Positions 31,632 to 41,951 of a stretch of DNA of 64,000 nt are shown here, in pieces. Origin of the DNA: Alphaproteobacteria bacterium (GTDB lineage Bacteria > Pseudomonadota > Alphaproteobacteria > GCA-2746255); the NCBI GenBank assembly GCA_965249135.1, contig OZ252220.1:1408001-1472000 (forward strand), read 5' to 3'. Below the pieces are notes generated by a model. It did no database searches. It saw nothing but the letters and a program-made list of their open reading frames with translations, and was not told the DNA's origin. How positions within the stretch are numbered: the first letter of the stretch is position 1; each line of letters begins with the position of its first letter. The position numbers were made by a program, and so were the translations under genes.

Positions 31632-32404
31632 TTAAGAACGCTTGCCTTTCGATCCCAAGAGCGAGCCCAGATAGTACCAGATAAAAAAGCTGTTCGTGAC
31701 CAGATAGCGTTTCCACAGATACCGTGGCTCGGTGGCCAACCAGAACAGCCACTCAAGGCCTGCCTTCTGCATCCAGACCGGCGCGCGGCGCACGGTGCCG
31801 GCGAAGAAGTTGAAGGCGGCGCCGACGCCTAGCTGGACGCCCTTCAGATGCGGTGCGTAGGCCGCCATCCAATACTCCTGCTTCGGGTAGCCAAGTCCGA
31901 CGAAGACGAGGCGGGCCCCCGAATCGTTGATCCGCGCCACCAGCTCGCCATCCATGGCGGGCTCGAGGGGAAGCAGCGGCGGCGATTCGATGCCGGCGAT
32001 CACCAGCGCGGGGAATTGTTTCTCAAGCCTTTGCCTCATCGCCTTGGCCGTCGCCGCAGAGCCACCGAAAAAATAGAGCGGCAGCTTCTTTTTTCCGCCT
32101 CGCTCATCAGACGCAGCATGAGATCGGGGCCGGCCACCCGCTTGGCTTCGGCGTGGCCCTGTGCTCGAAGCGCCCAGACCAGCGGCATGCCGGCGCTGGT
32201 GACCCAGAGCGCGTCTTTCATGATTGCAAGCAGTCGGCGATCCGTCTTTGCCGTCGTCACCATGTGCACGTTCGCGATGCAGACATAGCCGCCTATCCCC
32301 GCCTCGGCGGCGTCGAGGATCGTCGCCGTTGCCGCGGCAAGGCTGCCTACCGTCACCGGCGCGCCGATGACGTGCCCCGTCTTAAGGTTTGCGGCTTGCG
32401 TCAT
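31632..32404 (-). pseudogene. WecB/TagA/CpsF glycosyltransferase, frameshifted near 32089-32094
   Basis: N-half ANVH...RVAGPDLM and C-half FVGLGYPKQE...GVGAAF...GLEW are in different frames; adding one A to the A6 run restores KKKLPLYFFGGS. Confidence 0.85.
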
Positions 32405-33033
32405 CGCGGTATTTCCGCTCCCAGTTAAACGCCGTCTCGACGATGAAGCGAAGGTTGTCATGTTTCGGTTGCTAGTCGAGGGCCGCATGGATGCGGTCCG
32501 CATTTGCGATCAGCCCCGGCGGATCGCCGGCACGCCTTGGGCCTTCCGTGACCGGAAAATCGACGCCGGATACCTGCTTCACCGTCTCGACGACCTCGCG
32601 CACGCTTGCCCCGTGGCCATAGCCGCAATTTAAGGTGAGGGAACCGCCGCCTCTCCTCAAGTGATCGAGGGCGGCAAGATGGGCGGACGCCAAGTCCTCG
32701 ACGTGAATGTAGTCACGGATGCAGGTGCCATCCGGCGTCGGGTGGTCGGTGCCGAAGATCTCGATCTTCGGGCGCAGGCCGAGGGCCGCTTGCACGGTGA
32801 GCGGGATGAGGTGGCTCTCCGGGTCGTGGGCCTCGCCGATCCTGGCATCTAGATCGGCACCGGCGGCGTTGAAGTAGCGGAGGATGACGTAACGAAGGTC
32901 CGAGACGTTCGCCATATCCTGAAGCAGGCGTTCGCTGATCATTTTCGACGCACCATAGGGATTGATCGGCTCAAGCGGCGTCACTCCGCCGACCCGGTCG
33001 CCCTTCGGGATGCCATAGACCGCCGCCGTCGAG
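32382..33033 (-). pseudogene. galE: UDP-glucose 4-epimerase remnant (5' truncated, internal TAG at 32472)
   Basis: STAAVYG, YGASK, LRYFNAAGA, DGTCIRDYIHV; no N-terminal Rossmann motif; LD*QPKHDNL...W continues past the stop. Confidence 0.88.
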
Positions 33034-33102
33034 CGTGACCAGCGACTAGAACCCTTTCACCTCGCCCGTTTCGTCCGCTCGCTCGCTTTCCAAGGGAACC
33101 AA

Positions 33103-33879
33103 CTACCTAGTTTGAAGGATCTGCCGTTCGGCGCCATCCAGGACGAGGCAGGTCAGCACCCCACTTGCGAAGGCGCCCGTGTCGATCCCGATTCGGTTCG
33201 GTTGAAATTCGGGTTCCGGAGAAATCGTATGGCCGTGAACAACGACCTTTCCAAAATCGTCCGCCGAAAAAAGGAACGCATCCCGAATCCAAAGCAGGTC
33301 TTCTTCCGTTTGTTCCTCGAGGGACCGCCCGGGACGCACCCCTGCATGAGCGAAATAATAATCACCCTCTTCATGGTAAGCATGCAGGTCACTGAGGAAA
33401 TCGAGATGGTGGTCGGGAAGCTTGCGTTCGAACTCGGCCTGTACCGTGGAAAGTTTCTCAGGTGTCAGCGGTGAACGGGGAACCGTAACCCCGTAGCTAT
33501 AGAGAGTCGCATCGCCCCCATAGGCTAGCCAGCCGGGGCCGATCTCGATTTCACTCAGAAATTTAAGCAGGGCGTCTTCGTGATTGCCCTTCAGATGCAC
33601 GCTTACGAATCCGGGAAGCGGATTCTTGATCAGGCTATCGATGACCTCACGGGAGTTAAGGCCGCGGTCGACATAATCGCCGATATAGACGATGACATTG
33701 CGCCTTGCCTCCTTCGCCAGGGCGTCCTTGCGGATCTTCGCCTGGAGCTCCAGAAGCAAATCCACCCGGCCATGAATATCGCCGATCGCATAGACGACGG
33801 TGCCGTCCGGGGTGTGGGCCTTCGCGTCCGCTTCGCCCGGTCGCCGCAAAAGGCTGGAAAGGCTTCGCATGCCAAACAT
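33103..33879 (-). CDS. Metallophosphoesterase, PPP-type Ser/Thr protein phosphatase family
   Basis: GDIHG, GDYVDRG, GNHE, HAG, HGHT, IDTGA. Confidence 0.92.
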   Translation of the reverse strand: MFGMRSLSSLLRRPGEADAKAHTPDGTVVYAIGDIHGRVDLLLELQAKIRKDALAKEARRNVIVYIGDYVDRGLNSREVIDSLIKNPLPGFVSVHLKGNHEDALLKFLSEIEIGPGWLAYGGDATLYSYGVTVPRSPLTPEKLSTVQAEFERKLPDHHLDFLSDLHAYHEEGDYYFAHAGVRPGRSLEEQTEEDLLWIRDAFLFSADDFGKVVVHGHTISPEPEFQPNRIGIDTGAFASGVLTCLVLDGAERQILQTR

Positions 33880-33982
33880 ATGGCCCTTCGGGCGCGATAC
33901 CTCCAGCGGAAAAATGGTCGCGACCGGGCCTTCCCACCCTCTTGATCGCACCGAAATCTGCCGTATCCTTAGGCCCGTGCAA

Positions 33983-35419
33983 ATGGATACACCGCAGCGT
34001 TCCCGAAGGACTTCGACCGACCTGCAGACGTTTCTGATGGGCTTTTTGCGCATCGGCGACGTGGCCGCCGTCATCATCTCCGGAATCCTCGCCTACCGGG
34101 CCCGAGAACTGAATTTCGACCTCCCGGGCGGCTACCAGATCGCGATCGCGCTTGGCGTGTTGCTCACGCTGAACTATTTCCACTTCGCCCGCCTCTATCG
34201 CTTCGCCAATCTCGCAGCTCCCGTCCAACAGTTCGGCCGTCTGGCCGTTACCTGGATCGTCGTGATCGTGACACTGATCCTCGTCGCTTACTTCACGAAA
34301 ACATCGGAAGATTACTCACGCATTTGGGTGGCGCTTTGGTTCTCCTTTAGTTTCGTCGGCTTCCTTTGCTTGCGTTTCTTAGCCATTTTCCTGATTCGCC
34401 GTTGGCGGAAGACCGGCGCGCTTACTCTGAACATTGCCATCGTCGGAGCCAACAAACTTGGCTTGTCGCTTGTCAACCACCTGACCGAGGACAAGCAGTC
34501 CGGCATGCGACTGGCCGGCTTCTTCGACGACCGGATGACGGGAACGGAAAAGCTGGGCGCCTATCCGGTCCTTGGCACGGTCGAGGACCTGCCGAATTAC
34601 AGCCGCGATCACAAGGTGGATGAAGTCATCGTCACCATTCCGTGGTCGGAGAGCGAAAGGCTGCTGGAGGTCTTGAAAAAACTACGCACGCTATCGAACA
34701 ATATCTATTTGTGCCCGGAAATCATTGACGCTCCGATCCCTATTCACAAACTCGACCAGATCGCCGGATGGCCGATGCTGGCCGTCCAGGAGCGGCCATT
34801 GAGCGGCTGGGATCTGCTTACGAAAACGGGTGAGGACTATGTTCTCGGGAGTCTATTGCTTCTCCTTACCGCGCCGTTGATGGCCGTCATCGCCATCGCC
34901 ATCAAGCTGAGCAGTCCGGGCCCGATTTTCTTCCGTCAGCAGCGCTACGGCTTTAACAATAACCCGATCAGCATCTACAAGTTCCGGACGATGTACCACA
35001 CGAAGGAAAGCAAGGTGGCGGCCCGCGCCGAAGGCGAGGTGCCGCAAGCCACGCGAGACGATCCCAGGGTGACGCGAGTCGGAAACTTCCTACGCCGGAC
35101 GAGCCTGGATGAGTTACCCCAACTCATCAATGTGTTGCGGCGGCAGATGTCCCTGGTCGGCCCACGGCCCCATGCCGTCGTCCACAACGAACAATACGCC
35201 ACGATCATCGACGACTATTTCGGTCGTCATCGCATGAAGCCAAGCATCACGGGTTGGGCCCAGGTGAACGGGTTCCGGGGGGAAACGGACACCACTGAGA
35301 AGATGCAAAGGCGGGTTCAGTACGATCTCTACTACGTCGACAACTGGTCGCTTTTCTTCGACCTTAAAATCCTATTTCTCACGTTCTTCGTGCCCTTCAT
35401 GCAGGAAAACGCCTATTGA
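33983..35419 (+). CDS. Undecaprenyl-phosphate glucose phosphotransferase (WcaJ-like priming transferase)
   Basis: N-terminal TMs, KFRTM, DPRVT, SLDELPQ, SLVGPRP, ITGWAQVNG; start uncertain. Confidence 0.92.
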   Translation: MDTPQRSRRTSTDLQTFLMGFLRIGDVAAVIISGILAYRARELNFDLPGGYQIAIALGVLLTLNYFHFARLYRFANLAAPVQQFGRLAVTWIVVIVTLILVAYFTKTSEDYSRIWVALWFSFSFVGFLCLRFLAIFLIRRWRKTGALTLNIAIVGANKLGLSLVNHLTEDKQSGMRLAGFFDDRMTGTEKLGAYPVLGTVEDLPNYSRDHKVDEVIVTIPWSESERLLEVLKKLRTLSNNIYLCPEIIDAPIPIHKLDQIAGWPMLAVQERPLSGWDLLTKTGEDYVLGSLLLLLTAPLMAVIAIAIKLSSPGPIFFRQQRYGFNNNPISIYKFRTMYHTKESKVAARAEGEVPQATRDDPRVTRVGNFLRRTSLDELPQLINVLRRQMSLVGPRPHAVVHNEQYATIIDDYFGRHRMKPSITGWAQVNGFRGETDTTEKMQRRVQYDLYYVDNWSLFFDLKILFLTFFVPFMQENAY

Positions 35420-36819
35420 ACGCGCGGCCCTTCCTTTTCTGGTCACTGATGGCGATCGTGGCGCTTGCGCCCTTGCCCTTTGGCAGCAACCGCCCCTGGT
35501 CGTGGTCGCTGTTAAGTTTACTTGTGGGGCTGCTCGTCGTCTTTTGGGTGATTGCCGCCTATCGCGACCGCACGGTCATTCAGATCGAATGGCAGCGTTC
35601 CCGCTTGATCGTGGTGCCATTTTCCATCCTCGTGCTGTGGTTCTTCGTTCAGGCGAGCGGCCTGACACCGGAAGGCTGGCACCATCCGCTTTGGAGGGAG
35701 GCCTCCGGCGCACTCGGCGTGCCGCTTACGGGCACGATCAGCCTCAATCCGGAAGCAAGCAAGACAGCGCTTATGCGCTTGCTCGCCTATGGCGGCATCT
35801 TCTGGCTCGCCTTCCAATTGGGGCAGAACGAGGGACGTGCCAGACAGGTCTTCTGGGTCGTCGCGATCACCGGCCTGGTTTATGTGATCTATGGCCTCGT
35901 CGCGCATTTGAGCGGCAGTCAGCAAATTCTCTGGTATGCGAAATGGGCGTATGAGGACGTGCTCACCAGCACCTTCGTCAGTCGCAACAATTTCGCCACC
36001 TATGCCGGGATCACGCTGATCGCCACCCTTGCGCTTCTGCTTTCCGAGATTTATCGGGTTTTGCGCTATAGCCCGATCGCCGCCAGCCATTTCCTCGGCT
36101 TTCTCGATGCGTGTGGTTTCCGTTTCTATTTTCTCATTGTCTCGTCCGGAACGATTTTTACCGCCCTTTTGCTCAGCCATTCACGCGGTGGGTTCCTGAG
36201 CACGCTGGTTGGCGTTGGCGCGTTCGCCATCGTTTCCGGCATGCGGCTGCGCAAACGCGAGCGAATCATCGGCTTCCTGCCGATGACCATCGGCGGAGTC
36301 CTGGCGATGGGTATCGTCGCCGCCATTCTGCTGGTGAGCGGTAAACAGACCTTCAGTCGGATCGACGAGACCTTGAGCACCGGTAGCGACCGCCTGGCGA
36401 TCTACGAACGAACCGGCGAGGCGATCGGGGATTTTCCCGTGTTTGGCACTGGCATCGGCACCTTCAAGGAAAGCTTTCGCCTTTACCGGGACGAGAATTT
36501 CCGCTTCGTCGTCGAAACGATCGATCGCGCCCACAACACCTATCTGGAACTCGCCCTCGGGGGAGGTTTGCCGTCCCTGTTCTTGATGGTGCTGTTGGTT
36601 TCCTATCTGACGTTGCTCTGCTTTCTGGGCGCGTTGCGGCGGACGCAAGGTGCGATCTATCCGGCGGCCGGTGTGGCGGTGAGCGTGCTCGTGGCGACCC
36701 ATGCAGTGGTGGATTTCAGCCTTCAGATCCCAGCCGTCGCCGCGACCTACCTTCTGCTGTTCGGTGTCGCCTGCGCCCAGTCCTGGTCGCGGCGGACACA
36801 TCCCGTTCAGCGCGTCTAA
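35416..36819 (+). CDS. O-antigen ligase / Wzy-like polymerase family membrane protein
   Basis: Multiple TMs, SRGG, GTGIGTF, AHNTYLE, HAVVDFSLQIP. Confidence 0.85.
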   Translation: MNARPFLFWSLMAIVALAPLPFGSNRPWSWSLLSLLVGLLVVFWVIAAYRDRTVIQIEWQRSRLIVVPFSILVLWFFVQASGLTPEGWHHPLWREASGALGVPLTGTISLNPEASKTALMRLLAYGGIFWLAFQLGQNEGRARQVFWVVAITGLVYVIYGLVAHLSGSQQILWYAKWAYEDVLTSTFVSRNNFATYAGITLIATLALLLSEIYRVLRYSPIAASHFLGFLDACGFRFYFLIVSSGTIFTALLLSHSRGGFLSTLVGVGAFAIVSGMRLRKRERIIGFLPMTIGGVLAMGIVAAILLVSGKQTFSRIDETLSTGSDRLAIYERTGEAIGDFPVFGTGIGTFKESFRLYRDENFRFVVETIDRAHNTYLELALGGGLPSLFLMVLLVSYLTLLCFLGALRRTQGAIYPAAGVAVSVLVATHAVVDFSLQIPAVAATYLLLFGVACAQSWSRRTHPVQRV

Positions 36820-37502
36820 AGGCTTCGGTAGATCCGATTGAACCGTTGGCGAAGCGCCGGCTCGTCGGCCAGGGCCTCATAGACAAGCTTTAGCGTGTAG
36901 TGCCTTTTCGCCAACAGAGCAAGGCGGGTCGGGGAATGGCGCGCCGCAATGACGGCTTGCGATTGAAGCTGCCTCTTCGCCTCTGCATCCAGGAACACCC
37001 AGAAGGAAAGGCCGATGGCAAGGCGGCGCATGACGAGGCGGCGTTCCATTGGCGACGTTTGCACCGCCATGGTGAAGGGCGGACTTAAATCTTTCGAGGG
37101 CCCGTCTAGCGCCAAGCGCGCCTGGAGGAGCCGCACCCAGGCATAGGGCTGCGCCGGCGAAAGCGCCAAGCTCCGGCGGGCGGCGGCAATGCTCGCCTGC
37201 AAAAACTTCCTTCCCTTAGGCGACGCGTAGCCCGCCTTTTTCGCCTGCAGAAGATGAAGGCTTCCGATTTCCGAATGGGCCTTCGGGTCGGCGGTCCAGC
37301 CGGACGCCGTCTTTCGCGCCGCAAGGGCGTTTCGAGCTGCCGGCTCGGAAACCGTCTCCCCCTTGCCGATCGCGTCAAACGTGGCTTGAGAGGGAAGGGG
37401 GGCCAGAGAAGAAACCAGTCGGGGAACGGAAAACCAGAGAATGAATACGGCAAGGATGAACGGAAAAGCCAGCAGGACGAGGGTGTTGGAGTTTCGCCAC
37501 AC
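36816..37502 (-). CDS. Hypothetical membrane-anchored helical (TPR-like) protein in EPS cluster
   Basis: N-terminal TM; RSLALSPAQPYAW resembles a TPR helix. Confidence 0.6.
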   Translation of the reverse strand: MWRNSNTLVLLAFPFILAVFILWFSVPRLVSSLAPLPSQATFDAIGKGETVSEPAARNALAARKTASGWTADPKAHSEIGSLHLLQAKKAGYASPKGRKFLQASIAAARRSLALSPAQPYAWVRLLQARLALDGPSKDLSPPFTMAVQTSPMERRLVMRRLAIGLSFWVFLDAEAKRQLQSQAVIAARHSPTRLALLAKRHYTLKLVYEALADEPALRQRFNRIYRSL

Positions 37503-37517
37503 GAGAGAGCCGCCTTC

Positions 37518-39764
37518 TTACGCCTCCTTGTAATAGCGGTCGTAGCTTTCGTAGTAGTAATTCGACCGTCCGAACTCATACTGCGCGCTCTTGCGCATAT
37601 CGACAAGGCTTAGGATGAGGCCGCCCAAATCGGCTCCGGTTTCGATCAACTGCTTTAGGCCTGCCTTGACGGTGTTGCGGTCCGTCTTCGCCCAGCGAAC
37701 CATGAAAAGCGTCTTGTCGACGCTACGGACCAGAACCAACGCGTCGGAGACGGCAAGAAGGGGCGGTGCGTCCAGAATGACGAAGTCGAAGAGCTCGCCG
37801 AGCCGCCGGAGGAGGGTGCGCATCTCCTGGGAGCCGAGCAAGTCTGCCGGGTGCGGCACGGCCGGACCGGCAGGAATGACCCGCAAGCCCGATCGCACAT
37901 CCACTTCCATGATATTGCTCAAGCCCGCCTGGCCGGTGAGATGGGTGCTTAAGCCCAGCCCGCTCTTCATGTCAAGAAGGCCAGCGATGCTAGGGTGACG
38001 GAGGTCACAATCGATAAGAACGCATTTCTGTCCAGACCGGGCCGCCGACACGGCAAGCGCGATGGCCGCCGAGGTCTTCCCCTCGCCCGGCACGGACGAG
38101 GTCACCATGATGGTCCTCGGCATACCATGGACGCTGGACAGCGCGAGCGAGGTTCGTATCCGGCGGATTTCTTCGCCAAATACGCTGTTCGGTCGCTCGA
38201 GCGCCACCTTGTGGGGGGCCTTCCCATCGCGAAGGTGCGGAAAAATTCCCAACACCGGTTGGCCCAATGCGTTTTCCAATTGCTCGGTCGTCCGGAAGCC
38301 AGAATCGAGATATTCGAGAACGAAGGCAAGGGCGATGCCCCCGATCATCGAGGCAAAAAGAGCTGCGATCACCATGAGGCGCTTTTTCGGGTAGTAGGGA
38401 GAACCGGGTTCGACGGCACGGGAAATGACGCGGGCATTCGCCTGAATCAACTCTTCGTCTTGAACTTTCGTTTCCTGGAATCGGTTTAGAATGGTTTCAT
38501 AGAGTTGCTTGTTTGCCTGCACCTCGCTTTCCAGTGCGTTCAGGGTCACCTCCGCGTCGGCCTGCTCTCCGATCTTTTCCTGAAGCAAGGTTATTTCCGC
38601 CGCCAGATTTCTTTCCCGCACGTGGGCGATTTCGAGTTCGTTGCCGAGATTGAGGGCAATTTTATTAACCTCCGTCGCAATGTTCGCCCGCAAGTCCTTC
38701 AACTCATCTATAGCAAGCGCCATCCGGGGATGGCCCTCCCGGAGCTGGGTCCTGTTTTCGGCGATCTTGCGGAGAAGCTGCGACTCCTGTTCCCGAAGTC
38801 GCTGAATGAGCGGCGAATTTATCACGGCCGCCGCCGATTCGATGTTGCCCGAAGCGGCCAGCAACTTTTTCATCTGATTGTTTTGGGCTTCCGCCTCGGC
38901 CCGCTTCGTCCGGGCGACGATCAACTCGGAGCTCAAATCGGCAAGCTGGCTCTGGTAGACATTCGTACCACCCGTCTCGACGATGCCGGAGGCGCGACGG
39001 AACTCATCGAGGCGACCTTCCGAAGCGATCACCCGACGGCGCAACTGGTCGGTGCGTTCGTTGAGCCAGTCCGTGGCGCGCACGGTGGCCGCACCGCGTG
39101 TTTCCAGTTGATCCAGGATATAGATTTCGGCCGCCGTGTTCGCGAGCCGGGCCGCCGTCTGAGGGTCCGTGGACGAATAGCGCACGGCAATGATGCGCGA
39201 GGTGAACGACGGCGAAACCTCGAGACCGGCGAGGTAGGAGTCCGTCGTGATTTCGAGCGTGAGTGCGCGTTTTTCCTTGGCTGAGAAATCGGCCCATGGA
39301 TCTTCTGCTTCCGTTTCAGTCAGCCAGTTCCGAATCGAACCGACCAGCCCCGGTTTGGCGGGCAGAAGGTACGGGTTGAACAGCGGGTCGTTTACAAGCT
39401 CGAGCCTTTGGACGGCCTTGACGGCAAGCTCCCGCGATCCGATGACGGCGGCTTCCGTCTCGTTCGTGTAGTAGTCCGTGCGCAGACCCTGGGTCACCGC
39501 ATCAATGTTCAGCACGTTCTGCTGATTCTCTTCCAGAACCAGCAGCGCCTCGGCCTCATAGAGAGGAGTGATCTGGGTGACGAAAAGGGCGGTGAAGCTC
39601 GTGACCAGGAACATGATCCCGGCGATCAGGTATTTGCGCCGGCGAAGCACGCCCAAGAGATAAGCGAGGTCGAGCTGCTCCTCCTCGGCGGCGAACGCGT
39701 CCACGCCCGACAGTCGGGGGTCGTCCGGACCTGGGAATTGACGGATGGTCGCCATCCGATTCAC
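37518..39764 (-). CDS. wzc: Polysaccharide co-polymerase / BY-kinase (Wzc/GumC/ExoP family)
   Basis: Two TMs, coiled coil, SSVPGEGKT, IDCDLRHP, LDAPP, Tyr-rich tail YEFGRSNYYYESYDRYY. Confidence 0.9.
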   Translation of the reverse strand: MNRMATIRQFPGPDDPRLSGVDAFAAEEEQLDLAYLLGVLRRRKYLIAGIMFLVTSFTALFVTQITPLYEAEALLVLEENQQNVLNIDAVTQGLRTDYYTNETEAAVIGSRELAVKAVQRLELVNDPLFNPYLLPAKPGLVGSIRNWLTETEAEDPWADFSAKEKRALTLEITTDSYLAGLEVSPSFTSRIIAVRYSSTDPQTAARLANTAAEIYILDQLETRGAATVRATDWLNERTDQLRRRVIASEGRLDEFRRASGIVETGGTNVYQSQLADLSSELIVARTKRAEAEAQNNQMKKLLAASGNIESAAAVINSPLIQRLREQESQLLRKIAENRTQLREGHPRMALAIDELKDLRANIATEVNKIALNLGNELEIAHVRERNLAAEITLLQEKIGEQADAEVTLNALESEVQANKQLYETILNRFQETKVQDEELIQANARVISRAVEPGSPYYPKKRLMVIAALFASMIGGIALAFVLEYLDSGFRTTEQLENALGQPVLGIFPHLRDGKAPHKVALERPNSVFGEEIRRIRTSLALSSVHGMPRTIMVTSSVPGEGKTSAAIALAVSAARSGQKCVLIDCDLRHPSIAGLLDMKSGLGLSTHLTGQAGLSNIMEVDVRSGLRVIPAGPAVPHPADLLGSQEMRTLLRRLGELFDFVILDAPPLLAVSDALVLVRSVDKTLFMVRWAKTDRNTVKAGLKQLIETGADLGGLILSLVDMRKSAQYEFGRSNYYYESYDRYYKEA

Positions 39765-39891
39765 GCCCTCTCCTCTGGCCGCCTCCCGGAATGGGAGGCC
39801 GTCTTCCTCTGCCCGGTACCCTGCAGTTCGCCATATAGTTGGGAATTTGCAGGCATTTTTCTATATTTTTAAGCATCTTAGGTCAATCTTT

Positions 39892-39915
39892 TCTAAAGGC
39901 GTCTCTAAAGGCGTC
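39892..39915. repeat. 12-bp tandem duplication TCTAAAGGCGTC x2
   Basis: Read directly; wza-wzc intergenic region. Confidence 0.8.
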
Positions 39916-40044
39916 TAAAGACGGCCCGAAACGAAGGCCGGGTTCGGCCGGTAAAAATTAACCGAATTCAACGTAACCAATTCAAATTTATTGTTTTTTA
40001 TTGCGGCGGCGCCTTGGGGTCCGGCCCACCCTGAATTCAGGGAT

Positions 40045-40635
40045 CTAGAAGAGGCGGCGCTCGACCTCGATCGTATCCCCCGGCAGGACCGGGACGTCGA
40101 GCGTCGCGCGGTAGCGGATCTTCCCCTCCGACGTGCGGCGGATCAAGAGGACGGCGTCCGTGTGCGCCCGCCGGGTGAAGCCGCCGCCGATGGCGACGAC
40201 CTGGCGAATATCGATGCCGCTCTGATAGGGGTAGCTCCCCGGCTTGGTGACCTGGCCCAGGATGAAGAAGGGACGGAAGTTCCGGACCTCGATGCTGACC
40301 CTGGGATCGACGATGAATTCCCTGTCGAGACGCGCTTCGAGTTGTTCCTGAAGGTCGCGGACGGTGCGGTCGGCCGCCTTGATCTGCCCCATGAGCGGCA
40401 TCGAGATGAAACCGGAGCTGTCGATCTCGAACTCGCCGGAAAGGTCCGTATGGCCAAACACCGTGACGTTCAGCTTGTCCCCCGGGCCCAGGTAATAGTC
40501 CGTTGTCTCGACCTGGGCATGGGCCGAGCCGATGGCGAGGCTTGCGACAAACAGGAACGCCAGAACGAGAAAAGCCAGGCTACCTGCACGCCCCACGCCA
40601 GCTCCTACAGACGGAATGTAAACTGCGCCAACCAT
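40045..40635 (-). CDS. Polysaccharide export protein (Wza/GumB-like, short)
   Basis: YYLGPGDKL, ISMPLMG, ILGQVTKPGSY, GGGFT, PGDTIEV. Confidence 0.88.
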   Translation of the reverse strand: MVGAVYIPSVGAGVGRAGSLAFLVLAFLFVASLAIGSAHAQVETTDYYLGPGDKLNVTVFGHTDLSGEFEIDSSGFISMPLMGQIKAADRTVRDLQEQLEARLDREFIVDPRVSIEVRNFRPFFILGQVTKPGSYPYQSGIDIRQVVAIGGGFTRRAHTDAVLLIRRTSEGKIRYRATLDVPVLPGDTIEVERRLF

Positions 40636-41837
40636 TGATTGTCCTTATAGCTTTCACCGGGATCGTTCGAATCCCGATCCTCAAAATTATAGCGAAATTC
40701 CGTCACCAACTCGGGATGAATGAAGTACTTCGCGCTGAGATGAAAGCGAAGCGGATCCTCTTCCCGGGTGATCCCTTCATAGTCCTCATTTTCCACCGAT
40801 CCTCCCAGGTTGAAAATAAAATTTTCCAAGGGGTCGTAATCGATTTCAAAACCCCATTTCGTGTCCAGGATGCCCGAGGCATTCACGAGCGTCGTCTCGT
40901 TGAAGGTGCGATCGAACTGGAGGGTAATGGTGAGCAGATCCGTCGCGTTCCACACGAAATCGACGGAGAAGGTGGGGCCGTCGACCTTCCCGAAAAGCGC
41001 ATCGTCGAATTTCTGTTCAAGATAGCCCGCGCCAAGTTCGAGAAAGGTAACGCCGGAGATATCCCATGCAAAGCCAGTCAACACTTCGTAGCCATCCGAG
41101 CTACGCTGGCGGCCATTGTCGTCGAACTGATCGTCGTAATCGACGATGTTGTAGCTGGGTTGAACGAACAGCGTCGTGTCGACGACGAATTCATAGCCCA
41201 CCCGGAAGGTGGCCTCGTAGTCGTCCCGATCCCGATCATCGTTATTAATGGGACCCGCGTCTTCGAGATCCAGATTCACCCACTCGCCATCGGCACGGAA
41301 GGAGAAGCGTTCACCCTTGAAGGCGGTGTTCAGGCGATAGGTCGTCTGCGAATATTTCGTCAGCGGAACCCCTTGGCCGCTGTCATCCGGTGAGGATCGA
41401 TCTTCGTGGGCCTTCGCAAAGCCGACCCCCCCCCCGCCCAGCGACGTCCGTGCCGAGAGGTCCAGCCTGCCCGAGGTGCCAAAATTATAATCCTCGAAAT
41501 CTTCGCTGCCGTTGTCGGTGTAACGACCGATAGCGGCGCCCGCCAGAAAAGTTAAGGAGTGGTTGTCCCAGTCCGACTGGATTCGGACGGAAGGCCTCAG
41601 ACGCAAGATCTTGTCAGAACGTTCGTCCGTTTTGATGCGAAAGATATTGTCGTCATAGTCAAGACCGACATCGAATTTGGGAAAGATCAGAAAGCTGCCC
41701 GTGACAGGGTTCGTCGCAATCCCCATCCGGGCCAGCAGGTCCCGGGACTCGATCCCCAGTGGGTCGTAGTCCGGCCGGGTGCGTTTCCCCACCGAATCTT
41801 CCTTCGCCGTCTGGGCAAAGGCAGGAAACGCGGTCAA
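40605..41837 (-). CDS. Outer-membrane beta-barrel protein associated with polysaccharide export
   Basis: RPDYDPLG N-terminal motif, YDDNIF, alternating beta strands, C-terminal aromatic FTFRL; true start unclear (see findings). Confidence 0.8.
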   Translation of the reverse strand: MTAFPAFAQTAKEDSVGKRTRPDYDPLGIESRDLLARMGIATNPVTGSFLIFPKFDVGLDYDDNIFRIKTDERSDKILRLRPSVRIQSDWDNHSLTFLAGAAIGRYTDNGSEDFEDYNFGTSGRLDLSARTSLGGGGVGFAKAHEDRSSPDDSGQGVPLTKYSQTTYRLNTAFKGERFSFRADGEWVNLDLEDAGPINNDDRDRDDYEATFRVGYEFVVDTTLFVQPSYNIVDYDDQFDDNGRQRSSDGYEVLTGFAWDISGVTFLELGAGYLEQKFDDALFGKVDGPTFSVDFVWNATDLLTITLQFDRTFNETTLVNASGILDTKWGFEIDYDPLENFIFNLGGSVENEDYEGITREEDPLRFHLSAKYFIHPELVTEFRYNFEDRDSNDPGESYKDNQWLAQFTFRL

Positions 41838-41951
41838 CGCGATCGCAAGACCCAGAAGGCTTAAGCCCGCGCATGGAAAAGCACGCAGTTGGCTTTTCTG
41901 CCGCCCTTTCCACCAACGGTGCGGCCACTTTCGAAATCACGAGGTTCGGGA

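Noticed and set aside
28975-32474. Amber recoding (two in-frame TAGs in neighbouring genes)
   Set aside because: TAG is a genuine stop for several intact genes here (ptsH, gmhA, wza), no pyl genes are present, and galE is independently truncated.
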